This document shows, one piece after another, positions 1 through 8,616 of a stretch of 32,000 bases of DNA (position 1 is the stretch's first letter; every line of letters starts with the position of its first letter). The translations under genes were made by a program, and so were the position numbers. The DNA lies in the IMG/VR virus record IMGVR_UViG_3300045988_183628, positions 13,454 to 45,453 of that record, one strand, 5' to 3'. Below the pieces are notes generated by a model. It did not search any database. It was not told the DNA's origin and saw only the letters and a list, made by a program, of their open reading frames with translations. The stretch is from a virus.

Positions 1-83
1 CCCTTCACTAGGTTACCTTATCCTTCATCAAAATGGGATTTACCAGTATAACGTAAAAGCCAGAGCTAAGGAGAATAGCGAAA

Positions 84-602
84 ATGCCGATTAACAAGAT
101 TACCCACGTGTGTCTAACTCATGACAAAGTCAGGGCACGAAATGAAAAGATGCTGGAGGATGCCAAGAACGGTATGTCCCAGGAACAGCTGGCCGAAAAG
201 TATCAAATCTGTGTTTCTACTGTCCGATATAGTCTGAAGGACTTTTACGAAGAACAGGCCCGGCAGAGAAAAGCAAAGAAGAAAGCCTGGCAAACCCAGA
301 TGATTCATGAATATGAGATGGGCGCAAAATCTCCGGAGCTTCAGGGAAAATACGGCATCAGTGGAACGCTCTTTTATCGGATTCTTCATGCGCACGGAAA
401 GAATGGCCGACAAATCCACAGCCAAAACCGTATCGAGACTGGCAAGAAAAGAAACGCCGAGATGGTCAGGAAATACAAAAACGGCGTTTCTGTCAAAGAG
501 CTTGCGGAAGAATACGGGCTCAAAAAGGGAAGCGTATATCGCGCCATGAAGCGGTATAGTCCAGGCCCAGGGAAAAGTAAAAGTTGTCAAAGTGAGGAAT
601 AA
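84..602 (+). CDS. Protein with tandem helix-turn-helix repeats (resolvase/psq-like HTH)
   Basis: Repeated HTH signatures (MSQEQLAEKYQICVSTVRY, KSPELQGKYGISGTLFYRIL, VSVKELAEEYGLKKGSVYRAM); RBS taaggag upstream. Confidence 0.75.
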   Translation: MPINKITHVCLTHDKVRARNEKMLEDAKNGMSQEQLAEKYQICVSTVRYSLKDFYEEQARQRKAKKKAWQTQMIHEYEMGAKSPELQGKYGISGTLFYRILHAHGKNGRQIHSQNRIETGKKRNAEMVRKYKNGVSVKELAEEYGLKKGSVYRAMKRYSPGPGKSKSCQSEE

Positions 603-606
603 TTGC

Positions 607-1398
607 ATGGCTGCATCAAAGAAAGATGTTGCGAAGCAGCAGGTCAAAGAAGACCGCGAAAAGGTTCGGGAAATGTATCTTTCTGGCAAAACTGTCAAGG
701 AAATCGCCAAGGAAACGTATTTTTCAAGCTCTTATTGCTATGCCATGGTGAGAGACCTAGCAAAAGAAAAGAATCTTGCAAAGAAAGCAAAAAGAGCACC
801 TCTCGACGAAGCTATGATTCAAGATGCGAAAGCCGGAATGACTGATAAGGAAATCGCCAAAAAATACTTTTTGTCTCGAAGCAGTGTCCGTACCGTCCTT
901 GCAGGGCATTTACATACAAATTCCAAAAAGTTGGATGAAAGGCGCAAGGCGATTCTTGCGGATTATGAGGCAGGAACGTCCTCAAAAGACATCTGTGAGA
1001 AATACGGTATTTCAAAATCCACTCTTTACAAGGACATGCGCCAAGTTGGAAAAACCTGTCAGGAATACTATCACAAGGCACTGAAAGACAAGACCAATCA
1101 AAGGAATTCCGATATTCGAAGCAAAATCGAAAGAGGGGTCTCGGTCAGCACTATTGCCAAGGAATACGGAATCTCTAAAACGGCGATTTATGAAACGTTT
1201 CATCAGGAAAATGTCAGAGCTGGAATTTTACAGAAACGCGGCCGTCCGCGAAAAAACACGGAACGTAATGCACTGATTGCTAAACGCCACAGGGAAGGCG
1301 AGAAGGTGCAGGCGCTTGCCACTGAATATAATCTCTCTGTTTCGACGGTAAACACTATTTGCAGTAGAAACAAAAATCAGAATATAACCTCATATTAA
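607..1398 (+). CDS. Multi-HTH repeat protein, paralogous to the preceding gene
   Basis: Several HTH units (KTVKEIAKETYFSSSYCYAMV, MTDKEIAKKYFLSRSSVRTVL, TSSKDICEKYGISKSTLYKDM, VSVSTIAKEYGISKTAIYETF, VQALATEYNLSVSTVNTI). ORF opens at GTG 592; ATG 607 is preceded by gtgagga. Confidence 0.8.
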   Translation: MAASKKDVAKQQVKEDREKVREMYLSGKTVKEIAKETYFSSSYCYAMVRDLAKEKNLAKKAKRAPLDEAMIQDAKAGMTDKEIAKKYFLSRSSVRTVLAGHLHTNSKKLDERRKAILADYEAGTSSKDICEKYGISKSTLYKDMRQVGKTCQEYYHKALKDKTNQRNSDIRSKIERGVSVSTIAKEYGISKTAIYETFHQENVRAGILQKRGRPRKNTERNALIAKRHREGEKVQALATEYNLSVSTVNTICSRNKNQNITSY

Positions 1399-1443
1399 CA
1401 GGCTGCCATTTGGCGGCCTATTTCTTTTTTAGGAGGAAATGAA

Positions 1444-2358
1444 ATGACAGACGACGTACGTAATTTAATTCGATTTGTGGTGGATGGCGATATTCGAAAC
1501 GCGCAGACTCAGTGCCGAATCATGCTTGAAAAGAATGTACCCGAAAAGGACGCCAGGTTCAAAGAAAACGAACTCAGAAAGTTGAATCTTCTGAAACCGG
1601 AACTGATTCAGCTGCCCGCCAACCTGGAAAACCTCTTGATTGCGGAGGATGCCACGAATTTCCCTGAGAGCCGGTTCCTGCTCCGCGAGGAGGAAGAAAC
1701 AGTCATCAACAAGCTCTTGGCCACCAGAAAAGCAGCTTTAGCCATCAAGGAGCTTGGCATCCACTATACTTGCTCTTTGCTTTTGACGGGCCTTCCTGGT
1801 GTTGGTAAGACTGAATTGGCCCGCTACATTGCACACAAGGCGAATTTACCGTTTGTTTTCCTGAAATTCTCTGGCCTTGTCAATTCTGCTCTTGGCCGGA
1901 CACAGCAGAACATCGGCAGAGTGTTCGATTACGCAAAGCGCACGCCTTGTGTTCTTTGTGTTGATGAAATTGATGCCATCGGAATGTGTCGTGGCAGCCG
2001 CGATGATGTCGCTGAAATGAGCCGCGTCACCATCGCATTGATGCAGGAACTTGACCGGCTCCCGAATGACGTCATTCTCATTGGCACTACAAACCGCGTC
2101 GATAACCTTGACGAAGCCCTCATTCGCCGATTCACTTTCAAACACCGCGTCAAGCCTTTAGGCGACGATGACATGAAAGAACTGTGCAAGAAGTTCCTTG
2201 CTTCGGCAGACTATCCCTTCACGGAATCCGAACTCGACGGACTCTGCCATTCGCTGCGTGAACAGCGGACTGCCAGCGCCGTTGTCAATGCCTGTACAGA
2301 ACGTATCGTTGCACATATCGTATCGCAGCTGCCTGAAAATTCGGCAGATGCCGTGTAA
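1444..2358 (+). CDS. AAA+ family ATPase
   Basis: Walker A GLPGVGKTELA, Walker B CVLCVDEIDAIG, sensor-1 VILIGTTNR, Arg finger region ALIRRF; RBS aggagg. Confidence 0.93.
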   Translation: MTDDVRNLIRFVVDGDIRNAQTQCRIMLEKNVPEKDARFKENELRKLNLLKPELIQLPANLENLLIAEDATNFPESRFLLREEEETVINKLLATRKAALAIKELGIHYTCSLLLTGLPGVGKTELARYIAHKANLPFVFLKFSGLVNSALGRTQQNIGRVFDYAKRTPCVLCVDEIDAIGMCRGSRDDVAEMSRVTIALMQELDRLPNDVILIGTTNRVDNLDEALIRRFTFKHRVKPLGDDDMKELCKKFLASADYPFTESELDGLCHSLREQRTASAVVNACTERIVAHIVSQLPENSADAV

Positions 2359-2362
2359 AAGT

Positions 2363-3061
2363 ATGATAGCCTGGGAAGAAAGCCCTCGTCAGTTTAAGAT
2401 GTCAAAGCAGCTTGATGAGGGAAAATTCGGAGAAGACTTGGCTCGCAAATTCCTTAACGACCCGATTATCAAAGTGAATCATGGCATTAGCCATTACGAT
2501 GACGTGACTCAGGATAAATCATATCAAGACAAAGATACCGATTTCATTGTCTGGAAAAAGAATGGTAAGACCTTTGGCCTGGAAGCGAAAGTGGACAGTC
2601 ACAATACCGGAAATTTCTACCTGGAAACCTCGGTGGACTACTTCTCCATGGTGCCTGACGCTCTGAACGAACAACGGGTAGCGCGGCGGTATCGGGATGG
2701 CATCGACCCTTTATGGCACACCCCGGGCTGGGTATACAGGAGTGGTGCGGACCAGATTCTCTATTATTTCAGAACCACGCAGCTGCTTTACATTTTCTCC
2801 CGTGTTGATGTCTGGTTCTATGCTGAAAAGCTGATGCGCGGTGGAATCCATCTCGACCCCGGAATCAGAAAGCCAAAAATGTATTCTGCCGAAAATATCA
2901 GTGAACGCAATGGTTCCACTCTCTTCTTTGCCAACGGCTTATGCGTGAATGCAGAGCAGACATACAAGGCTTTAGGGGCGCAAAAAAGAGTCATCAAATA
3001 CCAGGTTGAGAACCCGAATTCGGACGTCCCAACGTTCAGCTTTTGCCCTTTCAAATTATGA
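2363..3061 (+). CDS. Putative PD-(D/E)XK-fold nuclease paired with the AAA+ ATPase
   Basis: DTDFIVWKKNGKTFGLEAKV fits a D...ExK active-site pattern; starts 4 nt after the ATPase stop. Confidence 0.6.
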   Translation: MIAWEESPRQFKMSKQLDEGKFGEDLARKFLNDPIIKVNHGISHYDDVTQDKSYQDKDTDFIVWKKNGKTFGLEAKVDSHNTGNFYLETSVDYFSMVPDALNEQRVARRYRDGIDPLWHTPGWVYRSGADQILYYFRTTQLLYIFSRVDVWFYAEKLMRGGIHLDPGIRKPKMYSAENISERNGSTLFFANGLCVNAEQTYKALGAQKRVIKYQVENPNSDVPTFSFCPFKL

Positions 3062-3141
3062 ATTTTCCGCTAACAATCGACAAAAAATCACTTTTCAGTT
3101 CAGCGGAAGAGTATAATTGTAGTAGAAAGAGGGGAAAAAGC

Positions 3142-3570
3142 ATGAGCCAAATCAACGTTGTCACGATTGGAAAACTCATTGAAGCGCATCGTGAAGGTGA
3201 CGAGCAGAAGTTCAAAACCTACGTCGATTTAATTGTCAAAGCCTACGAAGAGCAGGAGAACGACCGTGCCGCACGAATCATCCGAAGCAGCTATACGGGT
3301 GACTACGGTGAGCAGGGGAAAGTTGTTCTGGATGAAGCAGTCAAACAGACTGTGCATTATGAGACAGGTTGGTATGAGCCTGACATTTTAGGCTCCGGTG
3401 GCTCCTATCGCGGCGTCACGAAAGCGGACTCTGAGGAAGAGGCCCTGCAACAGCTGCAAAAGCACGCAGCAAACTATGCACAACGTATCACGATATACAA
3501 GAAAGATGGTAGAACCGTGAAACGGGAAGTTGCCGAATACGACCAGTGGGAAAAGAAGTGGATGAGTTAA
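3142..3570 (+). CDS. Hypothetical protein
   Basis: ORF with RBS agaaaggggaaaaagc-ATG; start refined from the 3043 ORF. Confidence 0.75.
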   Translation: MSQINVVTIGKLIEAHREGDEQKFKTYVDLIVKAYEEQENDRAARIIRSSYTGDYGEQGKVVLDEAVKQTVHYETGWYEPDILGSGGSYRGVTKADSEEEALQQLQKHAANYAQRITIYKKDGRTVKREVAEYDQWEKKWMS

Positions 3571-3572
3571 TC

Positions 3573-4058
3573 ATGAAGCACAAAATCTCGGAAGCCGGCG
3601 CTCGGATGCTTAAATATCAAGAGCAGCTTGCCCGCGAATACAAATACAAGCCTATTCCACGTACCTTTTTTAAGGATGTGCGAGCAGAGTTCAAAGAAGC
3701 TCTGCCGGAATGGTGCAACGTATCCGGTGATACGACCAAACTCGAAACCAGTAACGGCACAGTCATTGCCAGCGGGTATAACCGAATCGTGATTGGCGAC
3801 TACGGCGCATTCGTTGAGTTTTCGCGTGCCCAAGCAAATGCACGTCATTTGAAAATCAAAGAGGGGCAGAGCTATCGTATCGAAGACCCGCGCTATGCCG
3901 AACATGTGAAATATCTTTGGCTCACAGCGGACGATAACTCTGACGTGAAAGTATACGACCAAAAACGCTTGGTTGAGTACGCTGACTACAAGCCGGGGAT
4001 GCTGTATGTCAGCGTGTACGAGGTGTTTCCAGCGGAAACTGATGCCGGATTATCATGA
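3573..4058 (+). CDS. Hypothetical protein
   Basis: ORF immediately downstream; start could be 3546 or 3573. Confidence 0.7.
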   Translation: MKHKISEAGARMLKYQEQLAREYKYKPIPRTFFKDVRAEFKEALPEWCNVSGDTTKLETSNGTVIASGYNRIVIGDYGAFVEFSRAQANARHLKIKEGQSYRIEDPRYAEHVKYLWLTADDNSDVKVYDQKRLVEYADYKPGMLYVSVYEVFPAETDAGLS

Positions 4059-4333
4059 CGAGCACTGTGCTTTCGACAGCAAACCAATCAAGCATACACA
4101 GTGGGTGCGTTTTCTTGGGAAGGACTAACCATAGGGGCAGGAAGATTCCATTGCCGACCTGTACGCGAAAAGTGGCGCTGTGGTTTCCATGGTAGGTTCG
4201 GCTAAAGATTTGCTGACTTTCCTGCAATCTGCCGGAACCACAAGGCATTTTTGATGCGCTTGCCCCAACCACTAGATATAGTGGTATCTTAATGTTTGTT
4301 TACAATTTAGACACTATATATTGTGTCTTTTCG

Positions 4334-4362
4334 TTGACCGAATACCACATATATGGTATAAT
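4334..4362 (+). promoter_or_regulatory. Sigma70-type promoter for the tRNA/ncRNA cluster
   Basis: TTGACC - 17 nt - TATAAT. Confidence 0.8.
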
Positions 4363-4542
4363 ACAATTGTTCTCAGGAAGAGGAACGGCTCCTGAGACAT
4401 CAAGGTTTTCCTTTCCCCAATCTTGGTCGCATGGCTTCATTTGAGCTGACACAGGTGAAGCGTGAAAATCATCCGTTTCATAGTAATATCCTTCCTTTCA
4501 TACCTCTTTATTTCCCATTTGGCGCGGGTAACTCCGCGCCAG

Positions 4543-4584
4543 CCGTCCAAGCAAACAGCCTCCACGCGGCGGACGGTGGGCAAC
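4543..4584 (+). ncRNA. Structured RNA motif, copy 1
   Basis: CCGTCC-(22 nt incl. GCCTCCACGCGGC)-GGACGG-TGGGCAAC. Confidence 0.6.
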
Positions 4585-4626
4585 AGATGTTTCCGTGTTC
4601 CGGACATCTGGCTAATGTTTGTATTT

Positions 4627-4702
4627 GCTGGTTTAGCTCAGCTGGTAGAGCAACTGATTTGTAATCAGTCGGTCATCGGTTCAAGTCCGATTTCCAGCTC
4701 CA
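4627..4702 (+). tRNA. tRNA-Thr(TGT)
   Basis: Cloverleaf; anticodon stem-loop ACTGA-TTTGTAA-TCAGT; encoded CCA; two mismatches at the base of the acceptor stem. Confidence 0.93.
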
Positions 4703-5175
4703 GACGCTATCCGTTGGATGTATCGAAATCACATGATACGATGCTATACACAACATCTGGCGGACAGCATGCCACCCATTAAGGCGGCCTCCTCGTGGCG
4801 GGTGGCGGACAGCGGCTCTTGCGGCTGCTGACGAATGTCTTAGAAGCATGCAAACGTACGAGCATCCCCGTCAAGTCGGGGCGCATCCAGACGCGACACA
4901 GCCGTAAAGGCGAGATTGCTGCACGGCAACTGGTAAGTTTCGCCGCAGTCTCACACACAGCCCAACGACAACCGTTAACCCGATTTGACAGGGAATCAAC
5001 GACAGGGCTCAAAATTTGAAGTTGACCAACACCCAAGCGCTTTCTTGGATTCTCGCGTATCGTCAACGATGAGGTTCGCAAGATTGTCAGGTGGTGTGAA
5101 GATGACATCCGGGGATGACGACCTACTAAACGGATGTCATGGCGGGGCTAAGTGAGGGTTCACCCGCAATCTTAT
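4703..5175 (+). ncRNA. Candidate large structured non-coding RNA between tRNA-Thr and tRNA-Gly
   Basis: No convincing ORF; many hairpins including ATGACATCCG/CGGATGTCAT (5102-5111/5131-5140) and CCCCG/CGGGG; embedded in a tRNA array. Confidence 0.4.
4772..4805 (+). ncRNA. Structured RNA motif, copy 2 (diverged)
   Basis: CCACCC-(22 nt incl. GCCTCCTCGTGGC)-GGGTGG. Confidence 0.5.
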
Positions 5176-5250
5176 GCAGGTATCGTATAACGGCTAATAC
5201 TCCGCCCCTCCAAGGCGGAGACGCGGGTTCGACCCCCGCTACTTGCTCCA
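5176..5250 (+). tRNA. tRNA-Gly(TCC)
   Basis: Cloverleaf; CCGCC-CCTCCAA-GGCGG; encoded CCA. Confidence 0.93.
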
Positions 5251-5521
5251 CACGTCGCAGTCACCGTACGCCACGACGTTAAACTTGGTGAGCATGGTCC
5301 ACATGTGGTCCGCTGTCGAATTGCTAATGGACAGCCTCAAAACGAATAGGCAAACAGGTGCTGTGCCTGAAAGTATTCGAAAGTCCCGGTATTAGTCGCG
5401 AATAAGACCGGAAAACGGTGAAGAGGGTACAATACAGAATCTATCGGCGTGGCTGCCGAATGGTGCTGGATGCGAGTTGGCTTCTCGCTCAAGGGGTGAC
5501 CAGCATAAAACACCCTATCGT

Positions 5522-5597
5522 GCTCGATTAGCTCAGTTGGTAGAGCAGCGCATTCGTAACGCGCAGGTCGGCAGTTCGAACCTGCCATCAAGCTCCA
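5522..5597 (+). tRNA. tRNA-Thr(CGT)
   Basis: Cloverleaf; loop TTCGTAA; encoded CCA. Confidence 0.93.
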
Positions 5598-5635
5598 TCA
5601 CCAAATTAAGCGATAATAGGAAGGAGATGAATTCT

Positions 5636-6019
5636 ATGGAACAGGCAATTATCAATGTTGAAGGTACGACTACCATAGAAACCGCTGCAGCAGCAAAAAA
5701 GCTGATTGAAATGTTTGGCAACCGGAACATCCGCGCCATCGCTGTCAACCGTGTAAACGACAAGAGCGACGAGGTCATTGTTGAGCTCGATTTCGTACCG
5801 GGTTTGGCACCGCATCTGCACGGCTTCACGCTTCAGGTTAATGGCTTAACCTGTGGTTATGCTGGTACTGGTCCTTCCAATCTGTATGAAGTCCTGCAGG
5901 CGGCTGGCGTGAGTGAAGCTCAGGTAGCACGCGAGGACATCACTCAGAAGAGCACAAAAACCATTCCTCTGCGCCTGGAACGCGCCGTGACTCAGTACGG
6001 CGACTTCCAGTTTGCGTAA
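5636..6019 (+). CDS. Hypothetical protein (128 aa)
   Basis: RBS aggaaggag upstream of ATG 5636 (alternative ATG 5627); coding-like composition. Confidence 0.8.
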   Translation: MEQAIINVEGTTTIETAAAAKKLIEMFGNRNIRAIAVNRVNDKSDEVIVELDFVPGLAPHLHGFTLQVNGLTCGYAGTGPSNLYEVLQAAGVSEAQVAREDITQKSTKTIPLRLERAVTQYGDFQFA

Positions 6020-6049
6020 CGCTATTTGGCGGGCTTGACCCGCCATCAT

Positions 6050-6125
6050 GGAGGGATAGCTTAGCTGGATAAAGCACCTGCCGCAAAGCAGGGTATCGAT
6101 GGTTCGAGGCCATCTCCCTTCTCCA
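6050..6125 (+). tRNA. tRNA, probably Cys(GCA), with a 6-nt anticodon loop
   Basis: Acceptor GGAGGGA/TCCCTTC, D stem GCTT/AAGC, T arm GATGG/CCATC, CCA; anticodon stem CCTGC/GCAGG encloses only CGCAAA. Confidence 0.7.
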
Positions 6126-6350
6126 TCCAGACACCCTTTCGCTTCCTTTCGCCAAAGGTATCTGGGGTATTGTACTGCATTGCGTGTAGTACGGCCAATC
6201 AGGCGCGGAACTCCGAAACCATACCACGAAGAATTTTATCCTCTCCGCGCAGCATGGACATGCGATTTTACGGGGATAAATTCAAACCGAAATTGTGTCG
6301 AGTGGCGAAGACGGTTGCGACACTGGCGAAGCACATATCTGCTTCGTCAA

Positions 6351-6391
6351 CCATCCATGAGAAAGCCTCCACGCGGCGGATGGTGGGCAAC
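6351..6391 (+). ncRNA. Structured RNA motif, copy 3
   Basis: CCATCC-(21 nt incl. GCCTCCACGCGGC)-GGATGG-TGGGCAAC; near-identical to 4543-4584 with compensatory stem change. Confidence 0.6.
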
Positions 6392-6484
6392 GCAGCAAAG
6401 CTGCGGCTGATTTCTTTCAAACCGGTATCTGAATAAATGCAGATAAATAGACGAAAAAATCAAAAAAGCAAAGGAGTACACAGC

Positions 6485-7594
6485 ATGAGTAATCAGAAAA
6501 TCATCAAAGCAATCGCAGGGATTGCAGCAGCCGGTATGATGGTAACTTGTCTGCCTGTCGCAGCATTCGCAGCCACCGGCGACACCTATCATTTCTCTTT
6601 CAGCAACGGTTCTTCCCAGGACCTGGCTCCGGGCGGCTCTATGACGTTCCCGGCAAGCCAGTATGACTACGGTTACTGGATTACCCTGCAGGGCCACGGC
6701 GGCTACACCTACAACTACTATCCCGGCGACACTCTGCCGTACGATGCAGTTGACCAGTGGTTCACCGCTGACGGTATCACTTCCTGCTATGCGGCTGAGG
6801 GCAATCCGCGTTCCATCACCATCAACTATCAGATTGACGGCAACACGGTGCTGACCGAAACTGACACCGCCACTTTCCCGGGCAGTGTTGATGGTCAGAG
6901 TGTTGAAGCCTGGACCACGGATTCCGGTGATACTTACACCGCATCCAGCAAGAGCCTGAACCATGACCGCCTGTTCTACTACCTGGGCGACGACATCCAC
7001 GACAACGTCCTGACCCTGAAAGCCACTTCTGCATCCACTCCCGACGACGGCAAGGATGACAACAAGGGCGATGTTACCAAACCCGACGATAAGGGCGACA
7101 ATACCGGCGACAGCGGCACCACCACTCCCGATGACAAGGGCGACGTAGTGGCCCCCGATAAGGACAACACCGGTAAGGACAACACTTCTACCGGCTCCAA
7201 CAAGGGCAACGGTACTACCACCACTACTCCGACCGCTCCTCGCAAGAACGTTGAAGTCTCTGAGCACGGTGAAATTGCCGCCGCTATTGCCAATGGCACC
7301 TGGGGCAATGAGTACACCGTCTGCACCAGCTGTGGCTATCACAACTGGACCCGCAAGGGTAACGTTTACGTCTGTGACCATTGTGGTCACGAAGTCCTGA
7401 CTGTCAAGGGCGCTGATGGCGTCAAGGGTTATGCTGGCACTCTGGCTGGCAATGAACCCCAGTACGCTTCTACCTCTGAAGCTCAGGCTGCTGCTGAAAA
7501 GCGTGAAGCCGCTTATGCCGCTTCCATCGCTGCTCTGCAGGCACAGGTTGCCGCTCGTGAAGCTGCTTATGCCGCTTCCCTGGGCATCCACTAA
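6485..7594 (+). CDS. Secreted protein with signal peptide, Asp/Lys/Gly/Thr-rich linker, zinc-ribbon-like motif and Ala-rich C-terminus
   Basis: N-term MSNQKIIKAIAGIAAAGMMVTCLPVAAFAA; CTSCGYH...CDHCGHE; PDDKGD-rich linker; RBS ggag upstream. Confidence 0.8.
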   Translation: MSNQKIIKAIAGIAAAGMMVTCLPVAAFAATGDTYHFSFSNGSSQDLAPGGSMTFPASQYDYGYWITLQGHGGYTYNYYPGDTLPYDAVDQWFTADGITSCYAAEGNPRSITINYQIDGNTVLTETDTATFPGSVDGQSVEAWTTDSGDTYTASSKSLNHDRLFYYLGDDIHDNVLTLKATSASTPDDGKDDNKGDVTKPDDKGDNTGDSGTTTPDDKGDVVAPDKDNTGKDNTSTGSNKGNGTTTTTPTAPRKNVEVSEHGEIAAAIANGTWGNEYTVCTSCGYHNWTRKGNVYVCDHCGHEVLTVKGADGVKGYAGTLAGNEPQYASTSEAQAAAEKREAAYAASIAALQAQVAAREAAYAASLGIH

Positions 7595-7643
7595 TTTGCC
7601 ATCCTCTAACTAACGGTAATCGATAGTTTTTTCTCCTTGCTGT

Positions 7644-7667
7644 GGGGCGGAATTTCGGTCCCGCCCC
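7644..7667 (+). terminator. Intrinsic terminator-like hairpin
   Basis: GGGGCGG...CCGCCCC followed by atccttttatg. Confidence 0.5.
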
Positions 7668-7677
7668 ATCCTTTTAT

Positions 7678-7766
7678 GGTCAGATGTCCGAGTGGTTTAA
7701 GGAACTGGTCTTGAAAACCAGCGGCGCCGCAAACGTCCGTGGGTTCGAATCCCACTCTGGCCGCCA
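7678..7766 (+). tRNA. tRNA-Ser(TGA)
   Basis: Class II tRNA; CTGGT-CTTGAAA-ACCAG; long variable arm; CCA. Confidence 0.95.
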
Positions 7767-7768
7767 TG

Positions 7769-7799
7769 CTTGCCGGGGCTTCCCGGCTTTTTTGTTTTT
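7769..7799 (+). terminator. Rho-independent terminator after tRNA-Ser
   Basis: GCCGGGGCTTCCCGGC followed by a T run. Confidence 0.75.
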
Positions 7800-7879
7800 G
7801 TGAGCAACACAAGGCAACAGATTGCTATATCGAATAGTGTTATGTATACTAGAGAAAAAGCAGATTAAGAGGAAACGCC

Positions 7880-8584
7880 ATGACAAAACAGTCTGACATT
7901 GAGATGGTTGCCAAAGCCAGAGCTTGGGCTGTTAAGGCTCATGCCGGGCAAAAAGACAAGGCAGGGAAGGATTACTTCAAAGCGCACGTTACGGTTGTAG
8001 CAGAAGGCGTAAAAGGTGACCCAATAGCCGAGGCTGTGGCATTTCTGCATGATACGGTCGAAGATACGTCCGTCACAATAGAAGACATCAGAACGGGGTT
8101 TCCAAAAGAGGTTGCTGACACTGTGAGTACGTTGACCCATAGCAAGGGTATATCGTATGCTGAATATCTTTGGTATATTCAGCAAAATTCTATTGCTGTC
8201 AAAGTAAAGCTCTCGGACCTGCGCAGCAATATGGACTTAACCAGGCTCCCTCACACTCCAACTAAAAGGGACTTGGAAAGAACCAGAAAATACAAGCGGG
8301 CATATACGATACTGTCATCGAGAGAAGGTATAAGCGCAGTTAATCCGTATGCACTGTACGACTACTTGCTGGCAAACAACTGGAGCGTCAAAAGGAAAAG
8401 CACGAGGACTCCCGTTCTGGAAACAACGAATGGTTCTGCTGAAATCAAGGTGCCCATCGACCTGGCTTTGGCTGACTATGAGTCCAGGATGGCTGAGGCT
8501 TTAAGCGAATTGTGTTCGTGTGAGGGCATACCGTTCTCGAATGCAATAGCGCAGATTGTGGCTTGGAAGCTAGACAAACAATAA
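7880..8584 (+). CDS. HD-domain hydrolase of RelA/SpoT (MESH1/small alarmone hydrolase) type with extra C-terminal domain
   Basis: HAGQKDKAGKDYFKAHVTVV, FLHDTVEDT, VKVKLSDLRSNMD; RBS gaggaaac. Confidence 0.8.
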   Translation: MTKQSDIEMVAKARAWAVKAHAGQKDKAGKDYFKAHVTVVAEGVKGDPIAEAVAFLHDTVEDTSVTIEDIRTGFPKEVADTVSTLTHSKGISYAEYLWYIQQNSIAVKVKLSDLRSNMDLTRLPHTPTKRDLERTRKYKRAYTILSSREGISAVNPYALYDYLLANNWSVKRKSTRTPVLETTNGSAEIKVPIDLALADYESRMAEALSELCSCEGIPFSNAIAQIVAWKLDKQ

Positions 8585-8616
8585 GCGTGGGCCTGCTATT
8601 ATTTTTATGAAAAGCC

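Noticed and set aside
2198-2362. N-terminal part of ORF 2198-3061
   Set aside because: Overlaps the AAA+ gene C-terminus out of frame; start at 2363 is more economical.
4612-4765. Short direct repeat around acatctggc (4612, 4755)
   Set aside because: Too short alone; treated as part of the structured-RNA motif context rather than a separate repeat.
4462-4782. 106-aa plus-strand ORF
   Set aside because: Runs straight through tRNA-Thr (the AQLVEQL...GSSPI translation is typical of a translated tRNA).
6347-7591. 414-aa minus-strand ORF rich in Gly/Val/Ile
   Set aside because: Antisense to the secreted-protein gene, which has RBS, signal peptide and sensible domain structure.
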